From: a bacterium | GTDB taxonomy: Bacteria; Patescibacteriota; CPR2; UBA1875; JAJYID01 | Length of the DNA: 64,000 nt | Assembly: GCA_030647205.1 (NCBI GenBank) | Contig: JAUSJO010000005.1 | Span: 202,523-266,522 of the forward strand | Direction: 5' to 3' | Shown: positions 55,803-64,000 of the stretch, piece by piece | Position numbering within the stretch: position 1 is the first letter of the stretch | Layout: each line of letters opens with the position of its first letter | Program-made: the position numbers and the translations under genes | The notes under the pieces: generated by a model | Seen by the model: the letters and a program-made list of their open reading frames with translations, nothing else | What the model was told of the DNA's origin: nothing | The model's database searches: none

Positions 55803-55877
55803 GGTCCCATCGTCTAGCGGTTAGGACGCCAGGTTCTCATCCTGGTAACAGGGGTTCGATTCCCCTTGGGACTACCA
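55803..55877 (+). tRNA. tRNA-Glu (anticodon CTC)
   Basis: Acceptor GGTCCCA/TGGGACT (one G.U), anticodon stem CCAGG/CCTGG loop TTCTCAT, T-loop TTCGATT, CCA; resembles bacterial tRNA-Glu. Confidence 0.8.
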
Positions 55878-56027
55878 AGAAGGCAGTGATATCCTGTATA
55901 TCGTTGTCTTCTTTAGTTTTGTGGGGTTGAGAACCCCTGAGGTGATGATTCATATAGAAATCTGAATCTTAAAATAAATAGTTGAAACAAAACTGTAAAC
56001 CAGTAAACATCATATGATGGCGGTAAG

Positions 56028-56045
56028 TTCCCCTTGGGACTACCA
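56028..56045 (+). repeat. 18-bp direct repeat duplicating the tRNA-Glu 3' end; att-like
   Basis: TTCCCCTTGGGACTACCA identical to 55860-55877, 150 bp downstream of the tRNA. Confidence 0.75.
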
Positions 56046-56141
56046 GTTATAATCAAATTAAACGTCAAAAAATAAACAATCCGGCTATTTTGCCCGGATT
56101 GTTTATTTAAAAAAGAGAACCTAAAAAGTCCTCAAAAAGAT

Positions 56142-56297
56142 TTAAGCTTTGCCCAAAATCTTGTACATCCCTGTTCCACAAACTCCGCATTTACCTTTCA
56201 TAGCCTTTCGACCATTTTTCATAGTAACTTCTTCTGCGTCTTGCATTTCTCTTTTCTCTTTGCATTTTACGCAATAACCTATTGTTGCATCTGCCAT
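56142..56297 (-). CDS. Small zinc-ribbon protein (51 aa, CxxC...CxxC)
   Basis: MADATIGYCVKCKEKREMQDAEEVTMKNGRKAMKGKCGVCGTGMYKILGKA; excellent SD GGAAAGGAGGTGAG 7 nt upstream; below ORF-track cut-off. Confidence 0.6.
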   Translation of the reverse strand: MADATIGYCVKCKEKREMQDAEEVTMKNGRKAMKGKCGVCGTGMYKILGKA

Positions 56298-56530
56298 ATT
56301 CACTCACCTCCTTTCCTTTGATTTTTAGCACGTAATGATAGGATGAAGCACAAAAAAACCTTTGTCAAGAACAAAATGTGAAAAGTTGAGCACAAATCTA
56401 ACTAATAACTAAATATTTTGGCTTTACATGGGCAAAAAATATTTTTTCATAATTTAAGCATTTTAAGCACAAAATACCATGAATTTCATGGATATATTGC
56501 ATATTTATTTGTAAATGTTAAATTGAGATT

Positions 56531-56854
56531 ATGATCAAAAATAAAAAGTTGTTAATAGTTTTTCCTTTAATCATGGTTGTAGCAGCCGCCTCTTTCTGGC
56601 TTTTCAGGCATGATTCAAACCCTGAGATAAGCTATCGTTCAAGGCAATACGGACCTTCTAGAATGGCCAACCAGACCTTAGACGAAGTTAACTCTAGAAA
56701 TCATAACGACAATCTTGTCTCCACAGGACAATACGTAAGAGGGTTAGAGATTTGGGTTAGCAAAGAGTCTCTAGGTTCCTATGTACCAACAGTTATATAT
56801 TTTAAAAATAAGGATGCTACTTTCAAAAGCTATGAGCTAAGCGGCGGTCCTTAA
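56531..56854 (+). CDS. Hypothetical secreted/membrane-anchored protein (107 aa)
   Basis: N-terminal signal/TM (LLIVFPLIMVVAAASFWLF); no recognisable domain. Confidence 0.45.
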   Translation: MIKNKKLLIVFPLIMVVAAASFWLFRHDSNPEISYRSRQYGPSRMANQTLDEVNSRNHNDNLVSTGQYVRGLEIWVSKESLGSYVPTVIYFKNKDATFKSYELSGGP

Positions 56855-56860
56855 TCGTCT

Positions 56861-57760
56861 TTATTGTTTTTTAGTATCCAGATAGGCGCTGTATACAGCT
56901 AGAGCTCCTTCACCCGTTGCGGTAACAGCTTGCCTCAGTTTGAACTTTCCGGCTGCTATGTCCCCTGCTGCCCAGACGCCCTCGGCGCTTGTTTTCATCT
57001 CGGCATCAACCTCGATATAGCCCTTGTCGTCGGTTTTTAAGCCCAAGTCGGTGATCAAAGCCTTGTTTGGCGTCGAACCGATTTCTATAAATACCCCGTC
57101 CAGAGCTATTGTGTTTCCATTATCCAGTTTGATACTCTCAACTTTATTCGTTCCTGTAATCTCCTCAATGTTGGCACTATAGATAACTTCAATATTCTTT
57201 TTTGTATTTAGCTGGTCTATCCATGCCGGTTCGGCCTTGAGCTCCGGGCCTCGATAAATGAGATACACTTTTTCAGTGATGTCGCCAAGATAAAGCGCTG
57301 CAGTAACAGCGGCATTCCCCCCGCCGATAACAGATACGGTTTTACCCTTGAAAAATGGCCCATCACAAGTGGCACAGTATGCTACTCCCTTACCCAGAAA
57401 CTCTTCTTCTCCCTTCGTTTTTAGCTTGGTTCTTTCTGCTCCCATAGCAAGTAAAATTCGCTTTGTTTCATACTTACCATTTTCTGTATGGAGAACAAAT
57501 AGTTTATTCTGTTTCTCAATTTTTCGTATCGAGTCGGCAATGACTTTAGCTCCGAGAGACTCTGCCTGCTTGAGCATTTTTTGTCCGAGTTCCATACCTG
57601 ATATTTCACCGACTCCGGGATAGTTTTCTACCAAATGTGCTTCTGTGATTGTTCCGCCATGAAGTTTGCCGATGGTCACAGCATTCATTTTGTATCTGGC
57701 ACCATAGATAGATGCTGAGAGCCCCGCCGGACCGGTTCCAATTATTACTAAATCATACAT
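56861..57760 (-). CDS. trxB: Thioredoxin-disulfide reductase
   Basis: 299 aa; FAD motif VIIGTGPAGLSASIY, redox CATCDG, NADPH motif GGGNAA. Confidence 0.95.
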   Translation of the reverse strand: MYDLVIIGTGPAGLSASIYGARYKMNAVTIGKLHGGTITEAHLVENYPGVGEISGMELGQKMLKQAESLGAKVIADSIRKIEKQNKLFVLHTENGKYETKRILLAMGAERTKLKTKGEEEFLGKGVAYCATCDGPFFKGKTVSVIGGGNAAVTAALYLGDITEKVYLIYRGPELKAEPAWIDQLNTKKNIEVIYSANIEEITGTNKVESIKLDNGNTIALDGVFIEIGSTPNKALITDLGLKTDDKGYIEVDAEMKTSAEGVWAAGDIAAGKFKLRQAVTATGEGALAVYSAYLDTKKQ

Positions 57761-57843
57761 ATATTATCCTTATTTTTATTTTTTGACTAAGGCATATTTT
57801 AGGTTATTTTAAGGCCCGAATCAAGTATTAGCGTGATTATATC

Positions 57844-58692
57844 TTAACTTATATAAGTGAAGTTTAGGCATAGGACTGCAAGGACTAAGATGTTTAATCC
57901 AAGAGATGTTCTGAAAGACAACATGTGGTGTTTGTTCTTATGCGTTTTGTTGAACCTAATCATGGCGCCGTCAAATATGATGAGAGCAAAGATTGCCAGA
58001 TATATGGCAAAGAATGGCAGTTTTGGCGCGCTCACAGGATTTTCCAGACTAAACTTCGGTGATACCGATCGTTCTCCAGCAACGAGGGACTGCCCTTGAG
58101 CAAATGCCTGCGATGGTTTACCGAAAAGCTGGACAGCAACTGTCGCTGACTTGCCATTTATTACTCCGTTCCCCACCGCTATGCCCGTTTCAGAAAAGTC
58201 TTTATCGAGAATGTTTTTCTTATGAGTCGGGCTGTCCATCCAGGCGCCAACCATCCCGTCAGCCGATACAAAGCCTCGAGCGAGGTTTTCTCCCGCCACA
58301 GTGTAGGAATACCCTGTTTTATCTATAAACACCCAAGCCTTCTCACCTGTTGGTGATGTGTGATCCCAATAGTTTTTGGCAAACATGTCTTGCAACTTTT
58401 CTTGTGCAGCCCGATCAAGCAAAGGACTTTCGGTAAATGTGTTTTCTGACTGTTTCTTCCGTTGTTCGTTAATGTGTGTAAAAATATCTTTTTTTAACTG
58501 TTCCGGATTTGGGGTGGTGGGTGTATATTGGACGGCTCCAAAACTGAGTTGGGATAAAATTAGACCGAGAGAATAAACGGAAAGCATGAGATGCCTGAAA
58601 GCATGAGGGCGGTAGGAGTTCTTCTTACTCGGGATGAATGATTTATGCAGGAATTTTTTTATATTAAATTTTTCTGATTTTTTCTTCGCCAT
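57844..58692 (-). CDS. CAP/SCP-domain (PR-1-like) protein with N- and C-terminal TM segments
   Basis: 282 aa; CAP motifs GENLARGF...GHYTQ-like (SPTHKKNIL), W...DSP. Confidence 0.7.
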   Translation of the reverse strand: MAKKKSEKFNIKKFLHKSFIPSKKNSYRPHAFRHLMLSVYSLGLILSQLSFGAVQYTPTTPNPEQLKKDIFTHINEQRKKQSENTFTESPLLDRAAQEKLQDMFAKNYWDHTSPTGEKAWVFIDKTGYSYTVAGENLARGFVSADGMVGAWMDSPTHKKNILDKDFSETGIAVGNGVINGKSATVAVQLFGKPSQAFAQGQSLVAGERSVSPKFSLENPVSAPKLPFFAIYLAIFALIIFDGAMIRFNKTHKNKHHMLSFRTSLGLNILVLAVLCLNFTYIS

Positions 58693-58825
58693 TTGTAATT
58701 AATATTAAGCTGAAAATCGTTTAAAGTAAACCAAATATCACACTAATTCCAACTCAGGGCCTATGTAATTATATCCTGGATTCCGGATCAAGTCCGGAAT
58801 GACAACGGGTATAAAAAGAAAAAAC

Positions 58826-58851
58826 ACTCTTTCGAGTGTTTTTTCTTTGGG
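58826..58851. terminator. Terminator hairpin (AAAAAACACTC-TTTCG-AGTGTTTTTT)
   Basis: Perfect stem with A/T runs both sides, in the long intergenic region. Confidence 0.5.
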
Positions 58852-58907
58852 GGTGATTGAGAGTTATCTTTTTTCTAGTATCTGTAAGGATACACAAGTA
58901 TAATATT

Positions 58908-59016
58908 TTATCCACAGATTCTAGCGTTCCAGCCCCTCTAGAAAAGGAACGTGTAAAGATAATATAGTTTTAGAGAACCCATGTCAATGCTCTTTATGTG
59001 GATAAGTTGTGGATAG
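58908..59016. promoter_or_regulatory. Cluster of three DnaA-box consensus sequences
   Basis: TTATCCACA at 58908-58916 (perfect), TGTGGATAA at 58997-59005 (perfect, opposite orientation), TGTGGATAG at 59008-59016 (1 mismatch); AT-rich surroundings. Confidence 0.45.
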
Positions 59017-59109
59017 TATTTGTCATCCTGAGGTACGAAGGATCTCATCTCTCTGTCATTCCCGTACTGAACCTAGTTTAGCATAAACTTTGGCGAGAAG
59101 TCAGTTTCT

Positions 59110-59132
59110 AAATAATTTCCACTTTTTTAGAA
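59110..59132. terminator. Hairpin CCACTTTTTT-AGA-AAAAAGTGG
   Basis: 10-bp perfect stem; downstream of the murC 3' end on the minus strand. Confidence 0.45.
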
Positions 59133-59170
59133 AAAGTGGAGTAAAAATTGCGGCTTAGACGGCATCTTAA

Positions 59171-59330
59171 AAGTGTCGGATTTCAATTTGCTTCAGGTTT
59201 GAAAAACCGGACTCCTTCCAGTCGACCTAAAGGCTAATCGGTCTTTTCAAATCTTCATCAAATCTTATCCTCGCTTTTCGATCCGATAGCCGCAAGAAAC
59301 ATTCTTTGAAAAAATCATGCCGGAGGGATA
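59171..59330 (+). repeat. Second copy (R2) of the dispersed repeat family seen at 11903-12151
   Basis: Shares AAGTGTCGGA...TTCAGGTTTGAAAAA and the core TTTTCGATCCGATAGCCGCAAGAAACATTCTTTGAAAAAATCATGCCGGAGGGATA; hairpin AAGAA-ACA-TTCTT covaries with AGAGAG-CTCTCT in R1. Confidence 0.6.
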
Positions 59331-59343
59331 GCACACTGTAGAG

Positions 59344-60720
59344 CTACTCAATATTGAGATATTTCTCACCCACCTGATTGACCGGACCGGCGCCCATGGT
59401 GATGACGATATCGTTGCCCGAGGCATGATCTTTTAGGTATGAAACAACATCCTTAAAGTCAGGAATATACTTTGCGGGTTTGCCTTTCTTTTTTAAAAGG
59501 TCTGCAAGATTTTCACCGGAAACTGAGGCGATGTCCTCTGCTGTATCGCGGACGGGATATATTTTGGGGATAATTATCTCATCTGCTTCGGTAAGAGCAT
59601 CCACAAAATTATTTAAAAGTATTCTGGTTCTTGAGTGTTGGTGCGGCTGAAAAACACAACAGATCTTTCTCTTTGGGTAAAAGCTCCTTATTGCCTGCAG
59701 TGTTGCCTGTATCTCTGTAGGATGGTGAGCGTAGTCATCGATAACCAAGACTTCCCCGCGTTTCCCTTTTGTTTCCATTCTTCTGACCGCGCCTGTGAAC
59801 TTGGCAATGCTTTCTTTGATTACACCGAGTTTTATCCCACATTCAAGTGCAACTGTGATGGCAGCGAGGCTATTTAGTATACTGTGAATTCCGGGAACTT
59901 GCATTTGAAACTCGCCAAGATCGGAACCATTCTTATGAACATTAAATTTTTGAACATTTTCTTCGATCCGAATATTGTCTGCCCGGTAATTTAAATCGTC
60001 GCTGGAGATTCCATAGGAAATCACCTTCCCGTCAAAGGTATCGGCAATTTCCCGCGTGTTTTCATCATCGAAGCATGCAACAAGTAGGCCATTGTCTTTG
60101 ATATTTTTTGTAAAATCAGAAAACGCAGACTTGATATCGTCCAGATCTTTATAGTAGTCGAGATGATCCTCTTCAATATTCGTGATGACGGCTATAGCGG
60201 GTCGAATATCGGCAAAGAATCTTTTATATTCGCAGGTCTCGGCGATGAAATATTTTCCATTGCCTTCTTTGGCGTTGCTTCCGGTACTCCCGACTTCTCC
60301 CCCGATAGCTATGGTTGGCTTCAAGTTGGCATCTTCAAAAATTTGTGATATTAGACTTGAGGTCGTGGTTTTCCCATGAGTGCCAGTGATAGCTATGCCC
60401 TCTTTCTCGTCCATCATTTGCCCCAGAAGTTCTCCGCGGGTAATGATGGGTATCCCTAGTTTTTTGGCTTCTGATATTTCCGGGTTCTTGTCACTGATTG
60501 CTGCACTAACGACAACCATTTCAGTATCCGGCGACAAGTATTCTTTTTTATGTCCGGTATAAACTTTCACTCCTATTTTTTTTAAGTTGTCAGTAATAGG
60601 GTTTTCTATCAGATCAGAACCGCTGACTTTGTTCCCGCGCAAAGCAAGGATTTGCGCAAGCGCGCTCATCCCTATTCCGGCTATTCCTATAAAATGGTAA
60701 TTTATCTTTTTATTTGGCAT
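59344..60720 (-). CDS. murC: UDP-N-acetylmuramate--L-alanine ligase
   Basis: 458 aa; N-terminal IHFIGIAGIGMSALAQIL, Mur-ligase P-loop GTHGKTTTSS. Confidence 0.95.
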   Translation of the reverse strand: MPNKKINYHFIGIAGIGMSALAQILALRGNKVSGSDLIENPITDNLKKIGVKVYTGHKKEYLSPDTEMVVVSAAISDKNPEISEAKKLGIPIITRGELLGQMMDEKEGIAITGTHGKTTTSSLISQIFEDANLKPTIAIGGEVGSTGSNAKEGNGKYFIAETCEYKRFFADIRPAIAVITNIEEDHLDYYKDLDDIKSAFSDFTKNIKDNGLLVACFDDENTREIADTFDGKVISYGISSDDLNYRADNIRIEENVQKFNVHKNGSDLGEFQMQVPGIHSILNSLAAITVALECGIKLGVIKESIAKFTGAVRRMETKGKRGEVLVIDDYAHHPTEIQATLQAIRSFYPKRKICCVFQPHQHSRTRILLNNFVDALTEADEIIIPKIYPVRDTAEDIASVSGENLADLLKKKGKPAKYIPDFKDVVSYLKDHASGNDIVITMGAGPVNQVGEKYLNIE

Positions 60721-60804
60721 TTAGTTAACATAAAAATGATTGCAATACTCTCAAACAATTGATATTATTTTAACATAATAAGATAAATTCTAAAGGAGGA
60801 AATC

Positions 60805-61266
60805 GTGAGTGAAGGAAATAAAGGCGCATCAGTCAGTCTGAAGACGCTAGGGATAGTTTTGATAGTATTAGTAGTTTTGGTGGGTGGATATTACTTAGTA
60901 AATAGCAAGGGTATTTTGAAGTCCGGCAGCAATTCTGCTACGAAGACCAAAACGGATGACGGCAAATATCAGGCAGTGTTTTTGACGAATGGACAGGTTT
61001 ACTTCGGTAAGCTCAAGGATGACGATGGGAACTATGTAAAACTGACAGATATCTACTATCTTCAGTCAAAAGATCAGAGTGTCCAACCTAAAGACGCAGC
61101 CGCTGCAGATCAGTCAAATCTAACGCTGATCAAACTGGGCAAAGAGTTGCACGCGCCGGCAGACGAAATGAATATTTCACGCCAGCAAGTTCTCTTCTGG
61201 GAAAACATTAACGAAGATGGTAAAGTTTTCCAGGCTATCAAAGAGTATAAGGCTAGCAACAAATAA
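60805..61266 (+). CDS. Hypothetical membrane-anchored protein (153 aa)
   Basis: N-terminal TM (LGIVLIVLVVLVGGYYL); no recognisable domain. Confidence 0.45.
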   Translation: MSEGNKGASVSLKTLGIVLIVLVVLVGGYYLVNSKGILKSGSNSATKTKTDDGKYQAVFLTNGQVYFGKLKDDDGNYVKLTDIYYLQSKDQSVQPKDAAAADQSNLTLIKLGKELHAPADEMNISRQQVLFWENINEDGKVFQAIKEYKASNK

Positions 61267-61280
61267 AGAAATTTGCTAAA

Positions 61281-61308
61281 AAAGAACCGCCGAGTGGCGG
61301 TTCTTTTT
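61281..61308. terminator. Bidirectional terminator (AAGAACCGCC-GAGT-GGCGGTTCTT) between convergent genes
   Basis: 10-bp GC-rich stem with flanking A/T runs. Confidence 0.65.
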
Positions 61309-61328
61309 GATCTGTTATACTTAGGTAT

Positions 61329-61838
61329 TTATTCGGGTTTGTATGTTTGATCGAATTCTTCTGCACCAATGATATAGGGCTCCCCTCCCAGTTCACCTGT
61401 CTCTGGATCATAAGTGTCTGCTAGTTTGCAGTCCATTTTCCCGTTCTGCATTTTTCCCCAAGATGCCATCATAGTAATGGGTGTTCCGTATGGATTGTCA
61501 ATTGCCTTACAATGACCTTTTGCTGAGTATACATTATCGCCTTCTTCCTTTAGTTCATATCTCTTTTCAAAGGTTTCTTTTTTAACGATATATTTTTCCC
61601 CTCCAGGATTAGTAATGATCATGTCTCCCGGATTTGCAATATTTTTTGTTTCGTCTGTTCCGTCAGCAAGCTTTGTGACTATTTCTTCTCCTCCCTCTGC
61701 GACGTCAGCGACTACTTCTCCCTGCTTCTTGTATGTAGGTGCATCCTCAAGTCCCTTCATGATCTCCGGGTCGTGTCTATCGATCTCTTTTACAGAAGTT
61801 TCATCTTGTTCTTTATTATTCCCCGTTTCATCTATCAT
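61329..61838 (-). CDS. Hypothetical acidic protein (169 aa), possible PGDYG-like motif region
   Basis: Motif NPGDMIITNPGGEKYIV; assignment speculative. Confidence 0.4.
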   Translation of the reverse strand: MIDETGNNKEQDETSVKEIDRHDPEIMKGLEDAPTYKKQGEVVADVAEGGEEIVTKLADGTDETKNIANPGDMIITNPGGEKYIVKKETFEKRYELKEEGDNVYSAKGHCKAIDNPYGTPITMMASWGKMQNGKMDCKLADTYDPETGELGGEPYIIGAEEFDQTYKPE

Positions 61839-61999
61839 AGTTTTCTCCTAATTTATTATAGTCATTCTATTATGAAAAAGATTTATAGTAAACAGATGTT
61901 TTAGAAAAATAGTTATATAAAAAGGAAAGCCTTATCTAGTTTGGGTTGAAAATATGCATCCTAAATGGTAAAATATCATAGTTAAAACCAAGCTTTTGT

Positions 62000-62073
62000 T
62001 GGGGAGTAGCCAAGTGGTAAGGCATCGGGTTTTGGTCCCGTGATCGGGGGTTCGAATCCCTCCTCCCCAGCCA
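62000..62073 (+). tRNA. tRNA-Gln (anticodon TTG)
   Basis: Acceptor TGGGGAG/CTCCCCA, D-arm like E. coli tRNA-Gln (GCC/GGC with A13.A22), anticodon loop TTTTGGT, T-loop TTCGAAT, CCA. Confidence 0.75.
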
Positions 62074-62076
62074 AAT

Positions 62077-62100
62077 CATACCCAGTAGGGTATTTTTTAT
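62077..62100 (+). terminator. Terminator hairpin after tRNA-Gln (ATACCC-AGT-AGGGTAT + TTTTTT)
   Basis: Stem-loop followed by T-run. Confidence 0.55.
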
Positions 62101-62108
62101 TTATGATC

Positions 62109-62717
62109 CTAGTTATTTATAAGCGTAGAAAAGATTATAAATGACACAATTGCATAAGCGAAGCCGCCGGCAACTTCACCAATGGTGTGTTCTTTTTGGT
62201 ATACTCTCGCCCATGCGATTGCAAAAACGAAAGGCAAAAGAAAGATAAATCTGAGGTCAATATATGAAACTAGTATTAGGATGGCTGACGTAAAGACAAA
62301 CGTGTGTCCGCTAAGCTTGAATTTTAAAAATGTGATGACGGAGTAGCCGAGTGCCATAATGAGAAAGATGAGAAACATCCTGATAATCATGGGGTCGCTT
62401 TCTAGAGACTTTACAACGAGGAGCGAGGCAACGCCCGAAACAAGTGTAAAACCAAAAGGCAAAACTCTATCTTTTCTTTCTTTCATATGGAAGTTGCTAA
62501 CTTTGCCTATCTTCATGAGGAAGAAAATGAAAAGTATCGGCAAAATTACCGAGAGAAAAAGTACCGATAAAAATGTTTTGTAAAATACCTCAGTCGTTGG
62601 ACTAAGTGTGTATAGCGTATAAAGGAGGAAAATGCCTCCTACTATCGCCGGTGTTGTGATGAGTGTGATGGCTTTTGCAAGATGCGAGTGCTGCCTTTCT
62701 ACTTCTTTTTCTTTCAT
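62109..62717 (-). CDS. PAP2-family membrane phosphatase (e.g. undecaprenyl-diphosphatase/PgpB-like)
   Basis: 202 aa; multi-TM; PAP2 motifs KERKDRVLP, LSGHT, ARVYQKEHTIGEVAGG. Confidence 0.65.
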   Translation of the reverse strand: MKEKEVERQHSHLAKAITLITTPAIVGGIFLLYTLYTLSPTTEVFYKTFLSVLFLSVILPILFIFFLMKIGKVSNFHMKERKDRVLPFGFTLVSGVASLLVVKSLESDPMIIRMFLIFLIMALGYSVITFLKFKLSGHTFVFTSAILILVSYIDLRFIFLLPFVFAIAWARVYQKEHTIGEVAGGFAYAIVSFIIFSTLINN

Positions 62718-64000
62718 GATTTTTCTAAGTTATTTATAGCATCTTTTATTCTATCGATCGACTTATCTTTTCCTAGCGCCCACATAATCTCGTTTGGCGA
62801 GGGACTTTTTTCTTGTCCTGAAAGTGCTACACGAACCGGCCAGAAGACGTCTCCGTTTGAGAGATTTTCAGCTTCCACAACGGATTTCATGAGATCAGAT
62901 GCGCTGTCAGCCGAATTGATGGTTTTCTCGTCCCCAAGCGCTTTTAAAACGCCTTTTAAGCCCTTTAGGCTGGCATCAGGTGTGCTTTTACCGAATACTA
63001 AGATTTCAGGTTTATATTTAATATCTTCAAAGAAAAAGTTTGAGTTTTCGGTAAAATCTTTGAGTGTTACCATCCTAGTTTGCATTACGGTTAATGCTCG
63101 CTCAAGTAACTCCGCATTTTTCCCTTTCAAAAAGTCAGGTGCAAAACTTTCTACCTCTTTCGTTAAATCAGATAGCGCCAATGCCCTGATTTTCTCGCCA
63201 TTTATCCAGTTCAGTCTATCAATATCAAAAACTGCCGGTGCCTTCCCTACCCGTTTTAAATCAAATTTTTTAATCAGTTCTTCGCGGGTAAATATTTCTT
63301 GTGTGGTACCATCATTCCATCCGAGAAGTGCCAGAAAGTTTAGCATCGTATCTGCTAGATACCCATTTTCTCTATAGTCCATAATTGCCGTATCGCCATT
63401 TCTCTTGCCAAGTTTTTTTCCGTCTTTACCAACGATTAAAGGCATGTGAGCAAACTCGGGCGCTTCCCAGCCCATCGCCATATATAATAAAAGATGCTTC
63501 GGAGCGGAGGGTATCCACTCCTCGCCTCGTATGACGGTCGAGATCTCCATAAGATGATCGTCAACGATACTTGCAAAGTGATAAGTTGGATAGCCATCAG
63601 ACTTCATAATTACGAAGTCTTCCTGGATGTCTGTTCTTATCGAAACCTTCCCCCGAACCACATCTTCCCAAACCACTTCTTTTGGAGTTTCGGGTATCTT
63701 AAAACGTATAACTGGAATCTTGCTCTCTTTTTCTAGTTTTTCAATGTCCTCTTTTGTTAGCTTTCTGCAACATGCATCATATCCCGGTGGTTTCCCGGAC
63801 TTGGTTTGTTCCTCTCGAAGCTCTGTCAGTCTTTCTTTTGAACAAAAACATTTATAAGCTTTGCCCTCGCTCAAGAGTTGATTAGCATATTTTTTGTAAA
63901 TGTCTAGACGCTCTGATTGATGGATCTTTTCTTCATTGTCCCACTCTAGTCCTAGCCATTTGAGACTCTCTTCGATATATTCAACGCCTTCCGGAACAAA
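62714..64000 (-). CDS. gltX: Glutamyl-tRNA synthetase (3' portion; N-terminus lies beyond window end)
   Basis: Class I ligase; HFASIVDDHLMEISTVIRGEEWI...; the frame continues upstream of the ORF-track TTG start (…FVPEGVEYIEESLKWLGLEWDNEEKIHQSERLDIYKKYANQLL) to the window edge. Confidence 0.9.
   Translation of the reverse strand, partial: FVPEGVEYIEESLKWLGLEWDNEEKIHQSERLDIYKKYANQLLSEGKAYKCFCSKERLTELREEQTKSGKPPGYDACCRKLTKEDIEKLEKESKIPVIRFKIPETPKEVVWEDVVRGKVSIRTDIQEDFVIMKSDGYPTYHFASIVDDHLMEISTVIRGEEWIPSAPKHLLLYMAMGWEAPEFAHMPLIVGKDGKKLGKRNGDTAIMDYRENGYLADTMLNFLALLGWNDGTTQEIFTREELIKKFDLKRVGKAPAVFDIDRLNWINGEKIRALALSDLTKEVESFAPDFLKGKNAELLERALTVMQTRMVTLKDFTENSNFFFEDIKYKPEILVFGKSTPDASLKGLKGVLKALGDEKTINSADSASDLMKSVVEAENLSNGDVFWPVRVALSGQEKSPSPNEIMWALGKDKSIDRIKDAINNLEKS

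Noticed and set aside
58908-59016. Confident oriC call from the DnaA-box cluster
   Set aside because: Genes on both sides are on the same (minus) strand, there is no divergence and dnaA is not adjacent; reported only as a DnaA-box cluster of uncertain role.
62682-63377. 231-aa plus-strand ORF
   Set aside because: Lies entirely antisense within gltX (minus strand), which has clear GluRS motifs; low-complexity S/F-rich translation typical of a shadow ORF.
1-64000. Alternative genetic code (UGA=Gly or Trp, as in some CPR lineages)
   Set aside because: TGA functions as a stop in conserved genes (rpsQ ends AAA-TGA overlapping the rplN ATG; rluD ends with TGA), and all conserved proteins are full length under the standard code.

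Overview
This 64-kb window comes from a low-GC, gene-dense bacterial genome that uses the standard code (TGA is a stop, e.g. rpsQ/rplN and rluD/next-gene ATGA overlaps). Several traits fit a CPR/Patescibacteria-type lineage: no L30 between rpsE and rplO, no adk/map between secY and infA, lysine-rich tails on several ribosomal proteins, and many 4-nt gene overlaps.

Plus-strand block (1-32306):
- Ribosomal S10-spc-alpha superoperon from the rplB 3' end to rpsI.
- A TrkA/RCK K+ channel-like gene preceded by a repeat-rich leader, then rluD-like, an HExxH protein, holB, ricT/PSP1 and a TPR protein.
- tRNA-Thr/Tyr/Thr, rpmG and tRNA-Trp.
- A ~2.9-kb insertion between tRNA-Trp and secE. It carries a divergent wHTH+degenerate-Nudix regulator and a Nudix-HDIG-unknown operon. 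An att-like 25-bp duplicate of the tRNA-Trp 3' end lies next to it.
- secE-nusG-rplK-rplA, followed directly by a reduced dcw cluster (mraZ with an upstream 10-bp-periodic repeat array, rsmH, ftsL-like, ftsI, murF-like, mraY, ftsW, murG, ftsQ).

Minus-strand block (32628 to the window end):
- An 1131-aa membrane-anchored VirD4/TraD-like ATPase with a ~300-aa disordered tail.
- A sigma-70 region-4 + HARE-HTH regulator, then topA and dprA.
- pth, a DnaJ-type zinc-finger mini-protein, der, two DacA-like carboxypeptidases, rsuA-like, scpA and scpB.
- A class IIb Asp/Asn-tRNA ligase, a histidine kinase/response regulator pair, prephenate dehydratase and a Mu Gam-like gene.
- A PaaK-like ligase on the opposite (+) strand.
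- tRNA-Glu followed by another att-like partial tRNA copy.
- trxB, a CAP-domain protein, murC, tRNA-Gln, a PAP2 phosphatase and the 3' part of gltX.

Other noted elements: a dispersed ~160-nt repeat family at two loci with a compensatory hairpin, a cluster of three DnaA boxes, and two candidate ncRNAs.
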